A stretch of 64,000 bases of DNA from a virus (taxonomy: Duplodnaviria; Caudoviricetes): positions 1-64,000 of the IMG/VR virus record IMGVR_UViG_3300048858_000027. One strand, given 5' to 3'. The notes beneath the pieces were generated by a model that did not search any database, was not told where the DNA came from, and saw only the letters and a list, made by a program, of their open reading frames with translations. The position numbers and the translations under genes were made by a program. Shown piece by piece: positions 63,322-64,000 of the stretch. Numbering within the stretch: the stretch's first letter is position 1; the number at the start of each line of letters is the position of its first letter.

Positions 63322-63570
63322 GTTGCCACGGCGGGCGCGTTCGGCCAGTAGCGAGCTGAGGCGACTGGCGTGCTGCTGCTTGGTGCTTGCGAAACGGATG
63401 CAGTGTCCAAGGTGGAAGTCGGTCATCTCATGCATGTAAGTCACCTCGTTGCGGTCGCGGGTGCGCCACTGGTCCGCTCCGCATCGTGGTTCCTCATCCG
63501 TTCGTTGGGCGTGCCAGTCGCCCGCCTCAACTGGCACCTTGTGTGGGTCAAGGTTGGCTTCGTTCCTCAT
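63319..63570 (-). CDS. Hypothetical protein
   Basis: ATG 63570 overlaps the upstream stop. Confidence 0.5.
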   Translation of the reverse strand: MRNEANLDPHKVPVEAGDWHAQRTDEEPRCGADQWRTRDRNEVTYMHEMTDFHLGHCIRFASTKQQHASRLSSLLAERARRGN

Positions 63571-63821
63571 GAGTGGAAGCTGTAGCTGCCGGCGTCGTGG
63601 TCGCGGACGCCTAGCATGGCGAACTTCGGGCGGACGCCCCGCCACTCCAGGGTGTCATAGTAGCAGGCCGAGATATCGCCATCGGGCAGGACATGCAGCA
63701 CAGCCACGGGGTAGCTGGCGCTCTGCATGGCCCAGGTCGCGGCATAACCCAGCGCGGCCGTGAACGCCTGGTGGTTCGGCGGCTGGTGGTCGGTCTCGTT
63801 GTGGATGAGAGTCGTTCGCAT
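63567..63821 (-). CDS. Hypothetical protein
   Basis: 84 aa with hairpin-embedded RBS. Confidence 0.6.
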   Translation of the reverse strand: MRTTLIHNETDHQPPNHQAFTAALGYAATWAMQSASYPVAVLHVLPDGDISACYYDTLEWRGVRPKFAMLGVRDHDAGSYSFHS

Positions 63822-63827
63822 GTTGTT

Positions 63828-63852
63828 GATCCTCGCGGATTGAGTGATTGAA
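63828..63852 (-). repeat. TCAATCAC repeat plus RBS hairpin
   Basis: Minus strand TTCAATCACTCAATCCGCGAGGATC. Confidence 0.6.
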
Positions 63853-63853
63853 G

Positions 63854-64000
63854 TCAGTCAGCCGGAGCGTATTCCGACATCAGCTCCGCCTTGACCTGCT
63901 GAGCTATGGCCACGGCGGCGTCATGGGCCGTCTTCCAGGCCATGCTCTGGAGCTGTTGCTGGAGCTGGGCCTCGAAGTCCTTCTTGATGGCCGAGAGGTA
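63854..64000 (-). CDS. 3' end of a CDS truncated by the window edge
   Basis: Open frame YLSAIKKDFEAQLQQ...EYAPAD* running off the window. Confidence 0.55.
   Translation of the reverse strand, partial: YLSAIKKDFEAQLQQQLQSMAWKTAHDAAVAIAQQVKAELMSEYAPAD

Noticed and set aside
32389-63852. Dispersed TCAATCAC/ATCC-GGAT repeats as a CRISPR or mini-array
   Set aside because: The copies are kilobases apart, short and degenerate, with no spacer periodicity and no cas genes.
1-64000. Integrase, att sites, protelomerase/telRL, introns or inteins
   Set aside because: None recognisable in the window; they could lie outside it since the genome is incomplete here.

Overview
The window is most of a GC-rich tailed-phage genome (siphovirus type, long non-contractile tail). 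It begins at the terminase large subunit and is cut mid-gene at the right end. Positions 1-30.8 kb (+ strand) hold the late genes: terminase, portal, fibre-like virion proteins, holin and lysozyme, protease/scaffold, decoration and capsid proteins, head-tail joining genes, two paralogous tail-tube genes, chaperones, a 1907-aa tape measure and a lambda-like tail tip. Positions 30.8-64 kb (mostly - strand) hold nucleotide metabolism (DUF550-like pyrophosphatase, dNMP kinase, HAD nucleotidase, dUTPase, ThyX) and replication/recombination genes (SbcC/SbcD-like pair, DEDDh exonuclease, resolvase, family A polymerase, 5'-3' exonuclease, SF2 helicase). The same half has an AAA/DUF3150-like/vWA-metallopeptidase triad, TerB, a bL12-CTD protein and many small early genes. 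No integrase is visible, but there is a plasmid-type winged-helix Rep next to a structured intergenic region, a short ParA with a ribbon-helix-helix-type partner and a separate ParB-like gene. This suggests a phage-plasmid, probably of an alphaproteobacterium (inference). Non-coding patterns read from the sequence: a shared AT-rich motif before late genes, dispersed 8-bp-period ACTC/AATC repeats, recurring Shine-Dalgarno-occluding hairpins and several densely structured intergenic regions. All family assignments come from motif recognition and memory; no database searches were run.
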